A DNA stretch of 64,000 nt from an uncultured Verrucomicrobiae bacterium (GTDB lineage: Bacteria; Verrucomicrobiota; Verrucomicrobiia; Chthoniobacterales; JAFAMB01): positions 2,176,001-2,240,000 of the forward strand of contig CAWIPH010000002.1 of NCBI GenBank assembly GCA_963837955.1, given 5' to 3'. Position 1 is the first letter of the stretch, and every line of letters starts with the position of its first letter. A program made the position numbers and the translations under genes. Below are positions 1 through 8,752 of the stretch, piece by piece. Below the pieces are notes generated by a model. The model was not told the origin of the DNA. It did no database searches and was given only the letters and a program-made list of their open reading frames with translations.

Positions 1-388
1 AATGAAGTTGGTAGAGATCGATGCAATCGGTCCGAAGGTTTTTGAGGCTCTCTTCGCAATCGCGCCTCAACCCGTCTGGGCTTCCGTCTAGATACCGTTC
101 GGTAGCAGATTTTTTGACCACTCCGCCTTTAGTGGCGATAAAGAGGCCGGCCGGGTAGGGGTGGAGCGATTCGCTGATTAGTTTTTCGTTCCATCCAGGA
201 CCGTAAGCACGCGCTGTATCAATGAAGTTAACGCCTAAATCGATCAGCCGAGTCAGCAATTTCTTGCCTTCATCCCATGCTTCATACGGTCCAAAATTAC
301 TGGGCTGTCCGGTCAGACGCATCGCGCCGTAGGCCATACGGCGCACGGTGGCGCCGTCCGAAAAGCGAAAGCTAGAAGAAGGTGACAT
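1..388 (-). CDS. Aldo/keto reductase (3' end runs off window)
   Basis: Manual translation from ATG at 388: MSPSSSFRFSDGATVRRMAYGAMRLTG...GVNFIDTARAYG...IATKGG...CEESLKNLRTDCIDLYQLH; the D-T-A-x-x-Y, ATK and DLYQLH motifs are typical of AKRs. Confidence 0.9.
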   Translation of the reverse strand, partial: MSPSSSFRFSDGATVRRMAYGAMRLTGQPSNFGPYEAWDEGKKLLTRLIDLGVNFIDTARAYGPGWNEKLISESLHPYPAGLFIATKGGVVKKSATERYLDGSPDGLRRDCEESLKNLRTDCIDLYQLH

Positions 389-592
389 TGATTGAAAATG
401 GCACAGTTCCTTGTGCCTTTCTGTGAGATGTAATGACACGCCTAAGTCACTAGATCCACTATTGCTACCGTAATGTTCGGTATTTCGCAGCCGAATGAAC
501 TTCCCATCGCAGCAAGAAACCGATAAAGAAAAGAGCAAAAGAGCCGCAATTGAATAACGCATGGACGAGCGAAGTAGCAGGGCTAAGCACCA

Positions 593-1495
593 ATGCGTAG
601 AGACAGTTTTCCTTTGAAAATCGGGGCTAAAGAGAACCAATTTGTTCTCTGGATCGTCTTGTCCGTTAGTCTTCTGGCCATATTCGGCCCGAGCGCTTAT
701 GCCCAGGATCGGAGCTACAGCAGCGCCGACTTCACACGGTACGCAATGAAGCTGCGCCAAACGGAACTGCTGAAGATCAGCCCCCGCACTATTATGACAC
801 CGAGCAGCACCGTCTCTGGCGGAAGCGGTTTTGGGTCACCCGGTACGTCCTCTTTCGTCAGCCGGATCGGGTGGAAGGCCAACATCTCCACTACCGTCTT
901 TTGGATCGGTGAAAAGGCGGCCGTCAACAACCCGGTTCCTAACGATAAAAGCGCTTGGGACGGAGGGTGGTACTCAAGCTATGGCGGCTACGACAACCCT
1001 AACCCGGGAGCTCGAGTGAATTTCGTCCCGATCAACTTTCTTCCTCGGCAAAATCCATTCTACGTAGCTCTGCCCTACAACGATGTCGACAATCATCACA
1101 CCAAGACGGAAGCCGCGCAGGTAATTCCCTGGTTCAAGAGTTGCTTTATCCGAGATGGACAATCGGTGTGCAAAGGTCGATGGGTGGCGATCCGGCACGG
1201 AAACCGAGTCTGTTACGCCCAATGGGAAGATGTTGGACCGTTCTGCACCGATCATTGGCAGTACGTCTTCGGCAACGACCGCCCCAGACCGAATCGAAAC
1301 CACGATGCTGGACTGGATGTTTCTCCGGCTGTTCGCGATTATTTAGGATTGGCCGGCCTGGACGTTTGTGACTGGAAGTTCGTCGACTTTCGGATCATAC
1401 CGCCAGGTCCTTGGACGAGGTATGGCGATAACAACACGTTTGTTCGGCTTCGGCGCCAGGGCGTGACCTCAATCGCCAGCCAAAGCGTCCATTAA
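593..1495 (+). CDS. Exported hypothetical protein, possible double-psi beta-barrel (RlpA/expansin-like) domain
   Basis: 300-aa ORF; hydrophobic segment ending AYA; Ser/Gly linker; C-terminal WEDVGP...GLDVSPAVRDYLG resembles the DPBB D-x-G-P / DLS pattern. Confidence 0.6.
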   Translation: MRRDSFPLKIGAKENQFVLWIVLSVSLLAIFGPSAYAQDRSYSSADFTRYAMKLRQTELLKISPRTIMTPSSTVSGGSGFGSPGTSSFVSRIGWKANISTTVFWIGEKAAVNNPVPNDKSAWDGGWYSSYGGYDNPNPGARVNFVPINFLPRQNPFYVALPYNDVDNHHTKTEAAQVIPWFKSCFIRDGQSVCKGRWVAIRHGNRVCYAQWEDVGPFCTDHWQYVFGNDRPRPNRNHDAGLDVSPAVRDYLGLAGLDVCDWKFVDFRIIPPGPWTRYGDNNTFVRLRRQGVTSIASQSVH

Positions 1496-1516
1496 GGCGG
1501 CATACGATCCGCAGAC

Positions 1517-1554
1517 GTCGGAGGGCGCGTCGCTTGCGACGCCCGGGAACAACC
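1517..1554. repeat. REP-like GGAG-hairpin, relative of the core of the 46.1-46.6 kb tandem repeat
   Basis: gtcggagggcgcgtcgcttgcgacgcccgggaacaacc versus the reverse complement of the 46.2 kb core, gtcggaggggcttgccgcttgcggcgcccggaaacaacc. Confidence 0.7.
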
Positions 1555-1631
1555 CCCGACAAATCGATGGCCTTTGGCGTTTCCACGATCCAACTTTCAG
1601 GAACCAGATTTGTGGTCTCGATTCCTCGGTG

Positions 1632-1870
1632 CGCAGATTTCGCAGATTCATGCAGTGCAGTCCTCCGCGAGCAGTTCAGTTGGCCCAACCAAGCACCGAA
1701 AGTTGGACCTAGCCATTTAGCTTGAGCTTCTCACAGACTGGGACTCCTTGGTCTCCAGCGGCCCTCTACTGAGAGCTTATAAGGTCGTTAGAAAAATCTG
1801 CGTAATCTGTGTAATCTGCGGATTATTCCTCTGCGGAAGCGACCTCGATCTGCGGATTATTCCTCTGCGG
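1632..1870. repeat. AATCTG(C/T)G 9-mer-based repeat element (inverted pair)
   Basis: cgcagatttcgcagatt at ~1632 faces aatctgcgtaatctgtgtaatctgcggattattcctctgcgg at ~1795-1836; a further atctgcggattattcctctgcgg ends at 1870; the same family occurs at 15253-15490. Confidence 0.75.
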
Positions 1871-1885
1871 TTCGGCGCGATCGGC

Positions 1886-4800
1886 CTAACGCACGGATTC
1901 CGCCAGCAGTTTCCGTTTCTGTGGTTCAGGGCGACTGCGCCGGTCAAGCCTGCTTCTCCGTCCAAACTTTGTCACGATCACGTAAAAGATAGGGGTCAGG
2001 AATAAGCCAAACAGGGTAACCCCGATCATACCCGAAAACGTTGCGATACCCATGGCGTGCCGCATCTCAGCGCCGGCACCATGCGATGCAACCAGCGGCC
2101 AGACACCGGCAATAAACGCGGTTGAAGTCATGAGGATCGGCCGAAGACGCAGCTGACAAGCTGATAGAGCCGCCTTCTCCGGTGTAAGTTTTTCCTCTTG
2201 GGCTTTTGCCTTGGCAAACTCGACGATGAGGATGGCATTCTTGCAGGCTAGACCAATCAGCACGATCAGACCGATCTGAGTGAAGATATTGTTGTCTCCG
2301 CCGTCAATCCGCACGCCGAGCAAAGCGAACAATAAGCAGAGGGGAACAATCAGCACGATGGCTAACGGTAAACGCAGGCTTTCGTACTGAGCTGCCAGCA
2401 CAAGGAAGACCAGCAAGACGCAAAGCGGGAAGATGTAGATCGCAGTATTCCCGGCGATGACTTTTTGGAACGTGAGATCTGTCCATTCAAATGACATGCC
2501 TTTCGGCAACGCATCGGAAACAACGCGAGCCATCGCAGCTTCGGCCTGTCCGCTACTGAACCCTCTACCCGGAGCACCGTTGATCGGGGCAGTGAGGTAA
2601 CTATTGTAGTGTTCGGCCCGATCTGGACCGTAGCTTTCTTTGACTTTCACTATTGAGCCGACCGGAACAATCAGCCCGCTCTTGTTCCTGACTTTCAGAG
2701 CCACGATATCGGAGGGTTTTTTTCTAAATTTTTCATCGGCCTGAGCGATAACTTGGTAGGTGCGTCCGAACCGATTGAAATCATTGATGTAAAGCGATCC
2801 GAGATTGACCTGCAAGGCGTTCGCCACATCGGTCTTGGTCAGACCAACCGTAGCAGCCTTTTCCACATCGATATCCGCCTTCAGCTGCGGCACATTGATG
2901 GTGAAGCCGGTAAAGAGATTTCCAAGCTCCGGCGTCGCCGAAGCTCGCTTGAGCACTTCTTGGGTGGCGTTATAGAGAGTTTCGTAGCCAAGACCGGCTC
3001 GATCTTCCAATTGTATCCGAAACCCGCCGATCGTCCCAAGACCTTGGACTGGCGGAGGAGGGAAGATGGCGATAAAGGCACTTTGGATGGACCCGAATTT
3101 TTGCTGGAGATCGTTCGCTACGGCAAATCCACTAAGCTGGGGGGTCGTGCGTTCTTCAAAGGGCTTCAGCGTCACAAACACGATGCCCGAATTGGTACTA
3201 TTTGTGAACCCATTAATGGATAATCCCGGAAAAGCGACAGCGCTTTCCACTGCCGGGTGGTGTAGGGCGATCTCGCTCATTTGCCGTATCACGGTATCGG
3301 TACGATCGAGCGAGGCGGCTTCGGGCAGCTGAGCAAAAGCGACCAGATACTGTTTGTCTTGAATTGGGATGAATCCGGTTGGGGTAGTTTGAAACATCTG
3401 GAACGTTAGCGCCACTAACGCTGCGTAAATGACGAGAGCAAAGATCGCTCGCCGCAGCAGCCCCTTTACGACATTTGAGTACAATGTCGCGGACCAACGG
3501 AAGATTCGATTGAACAGCCGAAAGAACCAGCCAAACAGAAAATGCAGGACCCGGGTGACCCTATCTTCTGGCGCGTGAGCCGGGCGCAGCAAGATCGCGC
3601 ACAGGGCGGGGCTGAGCGTTAGCGAGTTGAAAGCGCTGATCACCGTCGAGATCGCAATGGTGAGGGCGAACTGTCGATAGAATTGGCCGGTCAGCCCGCT
3701 GATGAATGCAGTCGGGACGAATACGGCGCAAAGGACCAGAGCAGTCGCGATGATCGGTCCGGTGACTTCTTTCATTGCCTGGTTTGTCGCGTCGCGAGGC
3801 GATAGTCCGAGATGAATATTTCTCTCGACATTTTCGACCACGACAATGGCGTCATCCACGACGATCCCGATGGCCAAGACCAGGCCAAACAAGGATAGCG
3901 CGTTGATCGAAAATCCAAGCGCTAACATTACGGCAAATGTGCCAATCAATGAGACCGGGACAGCGGCCAATGGAATGATCGAGGCACGCCAAGTTTGGAG
4001 AAAGACGAGCACAACGATCACCACCAGGATCAGAGCCTCAATGAGCGTATGCACAACCGCCTCGATTGAGTGCCGAACGAAGACTGTAGGATCATAGACG
4101 ACGCTATAATCAAGGCCTTCCGGGAAATCGCGCTTCAACTCGGCCATCGCCTTTCGCACATTATCAGAGAGCTCGATAGCGTTTGAGCCTGGCAGCTGAA
4201 AAATCGGAAGAGCTACCGCTGCTTTGTTATCGAGAAGACTGCGAAGCGAGTAATCTGAGGCGCCTAGCTCGATCCGGGCAACATCACGCAAGAGAATGGT
4301 CTCACCATGAGACCCGGTCTTCACAATGATCCCAGAAAATTCTTGCTCGTCGATCAGGCGCCCATTCGTGTTGACCGTCAAGGCGAGGTCTGATCCCGAT
4401 TTTTGTGGTTCTTGGCCGATGCTGCCGGCCGCTACCTGCGCGTTTTGCTCGGAGATCGCGGTAATGACATCGGCCGCCGTCAGTCCTCGGGCCTCCAGCT
4501 TTTCCGGATCAAGCCACACTCGCATGGCGTAATCCCCAGAGCCGAATATCTGCACCTGACCTACGCCAGGGAGTCGAGCGAGCACATCCTTCACCTGAAG
4601 CGTCGCGTAGTTGCGAACATAAATGTCATCGTATATCCCGGTCGGGCTGAAAAGGTGCACAACCATCGTCAGATCAGGCGAACTCTTGAGCGTGGTCACT
4701 CCCAGACGCTGAACTTCCACCGGGAGCTTGGGTAAGGCTTGAGAAACGCGATTCTGGACCTGCACCTGCGCCTTATCGAGGTCAGTGCCGAGCTTAAACG

Positions 4801-5083
4801 TGATCGTCAGCGTCATGACTCCGTCGGTGGTAGCCTGAGAAGACATGTAAAGGCTGTTTTCAACACCCGTAATGACCTGTTCGAGCGGCGAAGAAACCGT
4901 TTCCGCGATCGTTTTTGGGTTAGCTCCGGGGTAGGTTGCCCGCACTACCACAGTCGGAGGCACCACTTCAGGATATTCACTGATCGGCAAAAATTTCAGT
5001 GCAATTAACCCGATCAGCAAAATTACCAGCGAAAGGACGCAGGCAAAGACCGGACGTCCGATGAAAAATCGAGAAATGTTCAT
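1886..5083 (-). CDS. Multidrug efflux RND permease (HAE1; MexF/OqxB-like)
   Basis: 1065 aa; MNISRFFIGRPVFA start, LPISEYPEVVPP, GIVVDDAIVVVENVER, KNAILIVEFA, RLRPILMTS. Confidence 0.97.
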   Translation of the reverse strand: MNISRFFIGRPVFACVLSLVILLIGLIALKFLPISEYPEVVPPTVVVRATYPGANPKTIAETVSSPLEQVITGVENSLYMSSQATTDGVMTLTITFKLGTDLDKAQVQVQNRVSQALPKLPVEVQRLGVTTLKSSPDLTMVVHLFSPTGIYDDIYVRNYATLQVKDVLARLPGVGQVQIFGSGDYAMRVWLDPEKLEARGLTAADVITAISEQNAQVAAGSIGQEPQKSGSDLALTVNTNGRLIDEQEFSGIIVKTGSHGETILLRDVARIELGASDYSLRSLLDNKAAVALPIFQLPGSNAIELSDNVRKAMAELKRDFPEGLDYSVVYDPTVFVRHSIEAVVHTLIEALILVVIVVLVFLQTWRASIIPLAAVPVSLIGTFAVMLALGFSINALSLFGLVLAIGIVVDDAIVVVENVERNIHLGLSPRDATNQAMKEVTGPIIATALVLCAVFVPTAFISGLTGQFYRQFALTIAISTVISAFNSLTLSPALCAILLRPAHAPEDRVTRVLHFLFGWFFRLFNRIFRWSATLYSNVVKGLLRRAIFALVIYAALVALTFQMFQTTPTGFIPIQDKQYLVAFAQLPEAASLDRTDTVIRQMSEIALHHPAVESAVAFPGLSINGFTNSTNSGIVFVTLKPFEERTTPQLSGFAVANDLQQKFGSIQSAFIAIFPPPPVQGLGTIGGFRIQLEDRAGLGYETLYNATQEVLKRASATPELGNLFTGFTINVPQLKADIDVEKAATVGLTKTDVANALQVNLGSLYINDFNRFGRTYQVIAQADEKFRKKPSDIVALKVRNKSGLIVPVGSIVKVKESYGPDRAEHYNSYLTAPINGAPGRGFSSGQAEAAMARVVSDALPKGMSFEWTDLTFQKVIAGNTAIYIFPLCVLLVFLVLAAQYESLRLPLAIVLIVPLCLLFALLGVRIDGGDNNIFTQIGLIVLIGLACKNAILIVEFAKAKAQEEKLTPEKAALSACQLRLRPILMTSTAFIAGVWPLVASHGAGAEMRHAMGIATFSGMIGVTLFGLFLTPIFYVIVTKFGRRSRLDRRSRPEPQKRKLLAESVR

Positions 5084-5094
5084 GATCGGCCCTT

Positions 5095-6309
5095 TTACGA
5101 TTCCTTCTGCTTCTGAAGTATGGAGGCACTCCGATTGGTTGCCTGAGGCGAAACCTTCATCCCAGGCCGAACTCGGGCTTGTCCATCCACAATGATCTGA
5201 TCGGTCGGGCTGATGCCTTCGGTCACGATTCTCTTTCCATCAACTAGCGGACCCAGTGTGACCTTCCGATATTGAGTGACATCATCTTTGTCGACGATCA
5301 GAACATATTTCTGGCCTTGATCCGTGCCGATCGCCGTCTCGGATACCAATAACGCTTGATGTTGCGCGGTGGCTGGTATTCGAACCCGAGCGAAAAGCCC
5401 CGGCGTCAATCGCCCATCCGCATTTGGAAAAACAGCGCGAACAGTAATGCTGGCAGTGTCCGCGCTAACCCGATTGTCAAAGGATTCGATATAGCCGCTG
5501 CGAGGAAACCCCTCTTCATCCGTCAATTCCATCTGAATAGGAAGATTTCCCTTTTGATCTAACGGTAGCTGCCCCGCCGCCTTGAGACGCAACAGGCGGA
5601 GATACGCGGCTTCGTCAAGTGTGGCATACGTATAGACCGGATCAACGCTGACCACGGTTGTGAGCAGCGTGTTGTATCCAGGAACGCCGCTAACGTAGTT
5701 ACCTTCGGTCAAAAAAGCTCGACTGATTCTACCGGAAATCGGAGACCGGACTTCGCTTTGCTCATAATCCAGTTGAGCAGAATCTCTGGCGGCTTCCGCA
5801 GACTTTAGTACAGCTCCGGCTTGGGCTAGTTCGGACCGGCGGGCGTCTGCTTCTTCCTGGGAGATAGTATGGGTTTTCAGCAACTCATCCGCCCGCCGGC
5901 TGATCCGTTGAGCATTTTCCAGTGAGGCGGCAGATCGAGCAACCTCAGCCGTTGTCCGATCGAGGTCAGCCTTGTACCAGCGACGATCGATAACGAAGAG
6001 CACGTCACCCTGATGAACAATCTGGCCTGCCAGAAAATGTATCTCAGTGATGTGCCCGGAGACGCGAGGGCGTACTTCGACCGATTCAACCGCATCGACT
6101 CTGGCGGTGGCCGTCTCCCAATCAATGATCTGACCTTGTTCGCCAGATGAGACGGTGACGGTCGGCGGAGGAGGAGCGGCGCTATGAGTTGCCGACTGAG
6201 TGAATTTACAAGCGGTTGCGAAAACAATCCAAACGAGAGTCAGCACCAAGCAACCGGCTCGGATTCCCTCCCTTGTTCTCATTAGTACGAGCGATTTTTG
6301 TCTCTCCAT
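5095..6309 (-). CDS. RND efflux periplasmic adaptor (MFP; MexE-like)
   Basis: VEVRPRVSG, V.QGDVLFVID, VRSPISGRISR, LTPGLFARVR motifs; 11 bp upstream of the RND permease. Confidence 0.95.
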   Translation of the reverse strand: MERQKSLVLMRTREGIRAGCLVLTLVWIVFATACKFTQSATHSAAPPPPTVTVSSGEQGQIIDWETATARVDAVESVEVRPRVSGHITEIHFLAGQIVHQGDVLFVIDRRWYKADLDRTTAEVARSAASLENAQRISRRADELLKTHTISQEEADARRSELAQAGAVLKSAEAARDSAQLDYEQSEVRSPISGRISRAFLTEGNYVSGVPGYNTLLTTVVSVDPVYTYATLDEAAYLRLLRLKAAGQLPLDQKGNLPIQMELTDEEGFPRSGYIESFDNRVSADTASITVRAVFPNADGRLTPGLFARVRIPATAQHQALLVSETAIGTDQGQKYVLIVDKDDVTQYRKVTLGPLVDGKRIVTEGISPTDQIIVDGQARVRPGMKVSPQATNRSASILQKQKES

Positions 6310-6461
6310 ATGAAAGTTTCGATTAGCGAGTGATGGTGAACTGGCGTGTTGACAACGTTATGTCAGGAGATATAGGGCTCTTCGGATCGCCTACTGGTTT
6401 GGGTCGGCTCAAGGAAGCGCCGAACGAGCGAGCGAACAAAGGGGGCCAGGACGTGTTGCAT

Positions 6462-6481
6462 TGTTCGCATATACGCGAACA
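6462..6481. promoter_or_regulatory. Putative ArsR-family operator
   Basis: tgttcgcatatacgcgaaca is a near-perfect 20-bp palindrome (18/20) between the divergent MFP and ArsR genes. Confidence 0.65.
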
Positions 6482-6516
6482 TTGGAAATCTGGCAACTAT
6501 TGGTTATATTTCTTTT

Positions 6517-6858
6517 ATGCGCGTGCCGCTACACCCGGCCAAAAACCAGATCTCTTTGCCCAACGTCCTCTTCGCTTTAAGTGATCCGACCCGTCTCCGA
6601 ATCGTCAAGGCAATCGCCGAACACGATAAGATAAACTGTTGCGATATCGAGATTGATCTTAGCAAATCGACCGCCTCACGCCACTTTCGGGTTCTGCGCG
6701 AGGCAGGCATTATTCGAATGGAGCCGCGCGGAGTGGTATCCATCAATTCATTGCGACGCCAGGAATTGGAGGAACTTTTCCCAGGTCTTTTGGATTCCGT
6801 ACTCCAAGCAATGGAACCAGCTCGCCCGCGAGCACGGCTGGCATCTAAAACAGCCTGA
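6517..6858 (+). CDS. ArsR/SmtB family transcriptional regulator
   Basis: ALSDPTRLRIV...SKSTASRHFRVLREAGII winged-HTH signature; CC pair before the HTH. Confidence 0.93.
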   Translation: MRVPLHPAKNQISLPNVLFALSDPTRLRIVKAIAEHDKINCCDIEIDLSKSTASRHFRVLREAGIIRMEPRGVVSINSLRRQELEELFPGLLDSVLQAMEPARPRARLASKTA

Positions 6859-6869
6859 TCCTTGGCTTA

Positions 6870-7385
6870 GAATCTCACGCAAAGACGCAAAGGTTGGGAA
6901 GCCGAAAACGAGATGCATTGCGTTTTTAACCAGAGCCGTCTGGCGAAGCGCATGACAGCTGACAAATAGACATCCGCCGAGAGGAGTCATCCCGGCTTGT
7001 CCGCAGTAGCCCGGAGACCGCCTTCGCTCTTCGAACTACGGCGCGGAGGAGGAAGGGACTCAATGAAAGTAGCCCAGTACGAAGTGCTGGGAAATAATGC
7101 AAAAAGACAGGTCCGTCCCGGCAGGGACGATAGAATTTTTTTGGCTTCTAGTCCTCTCGTATGCGGCTTCATCAGCGTAAGCAACCCTCGATCGTCCCAT
7201 CCGGGACGGGTCGTTTTTTTAACGCCACCCAGCACTTCGTACTGGGCTACTTTCATTGGATCCCTCCCTCCTTCGCGCCGTAGTTCGAAGAGCGAAGGCG
7301 GTCTCCTGGCTACGGCGGACAAGCCGGGACGACTCCTCTGCGCATGCTTCTAATCCCTACGTTGACGTGCATGCGGGTCCACCAT
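6870..7385. mobile_element. Composite REPIN/MITE-like palindromic element, copy A, with a 58-nt insert in each arm
   Basis: Inverted arms ~6990-7091 and 7228-7329 around a 136-nt core; arms, core and both flanks are homologous to 38297-38695. Confidence 0.8.
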
Positions 7386-7406
7386 AAGGCCCATGTCTGG
7401 TTTTCT

Positions 7407-7465
7407 GCCCGGGGTTTTAACCCCGGGAAACGAGTTACAAATGTTACGCCCTGAAAGCGGCGCTA
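7407..7465. repeat. REP-like hairpin (cccggggttttaaccccggg family)
   Basis: gcccggggttttaaccccggg followed by gccctgaaagcggc; related hairpin at ~8691-8750. Confidence 0.6.
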
Positions 7466-7502
7466 GAATAGAGGGCCGATGTGATCGCTTCGAGCCCTCG
7501 TG

Positions 7503-8132
7503 CTAGCCAGCATCAATCGCTATCACTAATGACTTACGATCCTCTTCGGTTTCGTTACTGAACCGGATCTTGCTCGATTGGAGTTTGGTTTCCCAACTCG
7601 GATTAGCTGCGCTGACGACTAGGTAAGCGGCGGAAGGGGTCGGCGACAGATGCGGTTCGTTTCCAGCCAAGATCGTTCGCTTCACATCACGGTAGAGAAT
7701 TTCGGTCGCAAGATCTTGAAGACTGGCGGCATCGATGGCGTTCACTGAAGCAAGCAGCGAGCTCTTGATCAGGTCGCGCGCGAAGATCCCGTTCTTCTGA
7801 TCATCGACGAAAGACCGAGCGATCACTAAGCGAACTCCGGTGATTATTTGTTTCGCATCAGTCTTGACGTAGACCGTTACTAGTTGACGAAAAGCGGATC
7901 CTGTTGGTTTGAAAGAGGCGATTTGGCCGTCGACTGACGATTGGGCGTCTCCGACTGGCTCGAGATTGAAGAATTGAAAATAGTCGGAATGAGCCTGAGC
8001 AAAAGCTAGTTTGGTCCCCAGCAAACCCGAAGTATTGTCCTTGTTCGCGGCACTGGCACCTTGAACATCGCTCACAGCCAGCAGGATGGGAAAAAGCCCC
8101 ACTGGAAACTTTCGCAGTAGTTTGAAAATCAT
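7503..8132 (-). CDS. Exported hypothetical protein
   Basis: 209-aa ORF with a basic N-terminus and hydrophobic signal-like segment; no motif recognised. Confidence 0.65.
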   Translation of the reverse strand: MIFKLLRKFPVGLFPILLAVSDVQGASAANKDNTSGLLGTKLAFAQAHSDYFQFFNLEPVGDAQSSVDGQIASFKPTGSAFRQLVTVYVKTDAKQIITGVRLVIARSFVDDQKNGIFARDLIKSSLLASVNAIDAASLQDLATEILYRDVKRTILAGNEPHLSPTPSAAYLVVSAANPSWETKLQSSKIRFSNETEEDRKSLVIAIDAG

Positions 8133-8333
8133 GACGCTTTTCGGTTAAGACGCGAGACGCAGTCCGAATTGCGGACGACATCGGAGTTCCTCTCGATATC
8201 GTCGGCTGCTGCATTGGCACCTAGTGCGACTCCAGCACCAGCAACCCGGCGGGGCGGGTGTTTTTCACGGTGGGCATCGCCGTGCTGACGCTTTGTGAGA
8301 AGCCAAGTGATGTGCGCGCACGTCAAGAGATCT

Positions 8334-8559
8334 GTCCCGTGAGGGACACTGCGAAAGTAGCCCAGCACTTTAGTGCTGGGATAGCGTTAAGACGCCTCCG
8401 TCCCGACAGGGACGATCGATTCACCCTCTGCGCTCGTGACGTCGCATTAGAAACCATTACCCTCAAACGTTTCGATCGTCCCTCCCGGGACGGCACCCCC
8501 TCTATACACCTACCCAGCAATAAATTGCTGGGCTACTATCACGATGTCCCTCCCGGGAC
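8334..8559. mobile_element. REPIN-like palindromic element, diverged copy C
   Basis: gtcccgtgagggac..aaagtagcccagcactttagtgctggg..gtcccgacagggacgatcg / cgatcgtccctcccgggac..cccagcaataaattgctgggctact..gtccctcccgggac; same hairpin order as copies A and B. Confidence 0.75.
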
Positions 8560-8690
8560 GGGGACCCTCTTGCTTCTATTCCCAGTCCCAAGGCTGCGCA
8601 CATGCGTCAACCTAAGGCCGCCGTGTGATTCTCTGCCCTCAATACGTTCTCACACTGTGATGCCTTATGAGGGCATATCGCTTAATACTA

Positions 8691-8750
8691 AACCCGGGGT
8701 TAAACCGGGTTAAAACCCCGGGCTGGTTCCTCTTCCCCCTTCGGGGGACC
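8691..8750. repeat. REP-like hairpin cluster
   Basis: cccggggttaaaccgggttaaaaccccgggct and ccccct-tcg-ggggga hairpins just after the IMPase stop. Confidence 0.6.
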
Positions 8751-8752
8751 GA

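Noticed and set aside
1748..2005. ORF with ICVICVICG as a metal-binding peptide
   Set aside because: Translation of the AATCTG(C/T)G 9-mer DNA repeat.
6987..7353. Mirror ORFs MSAVARRPPSLFELRR..MKVAQYEVLG on both strands (also 38359-38595)
   Set aside because: A by-product of the palindromic element; no evidence of real proteins.
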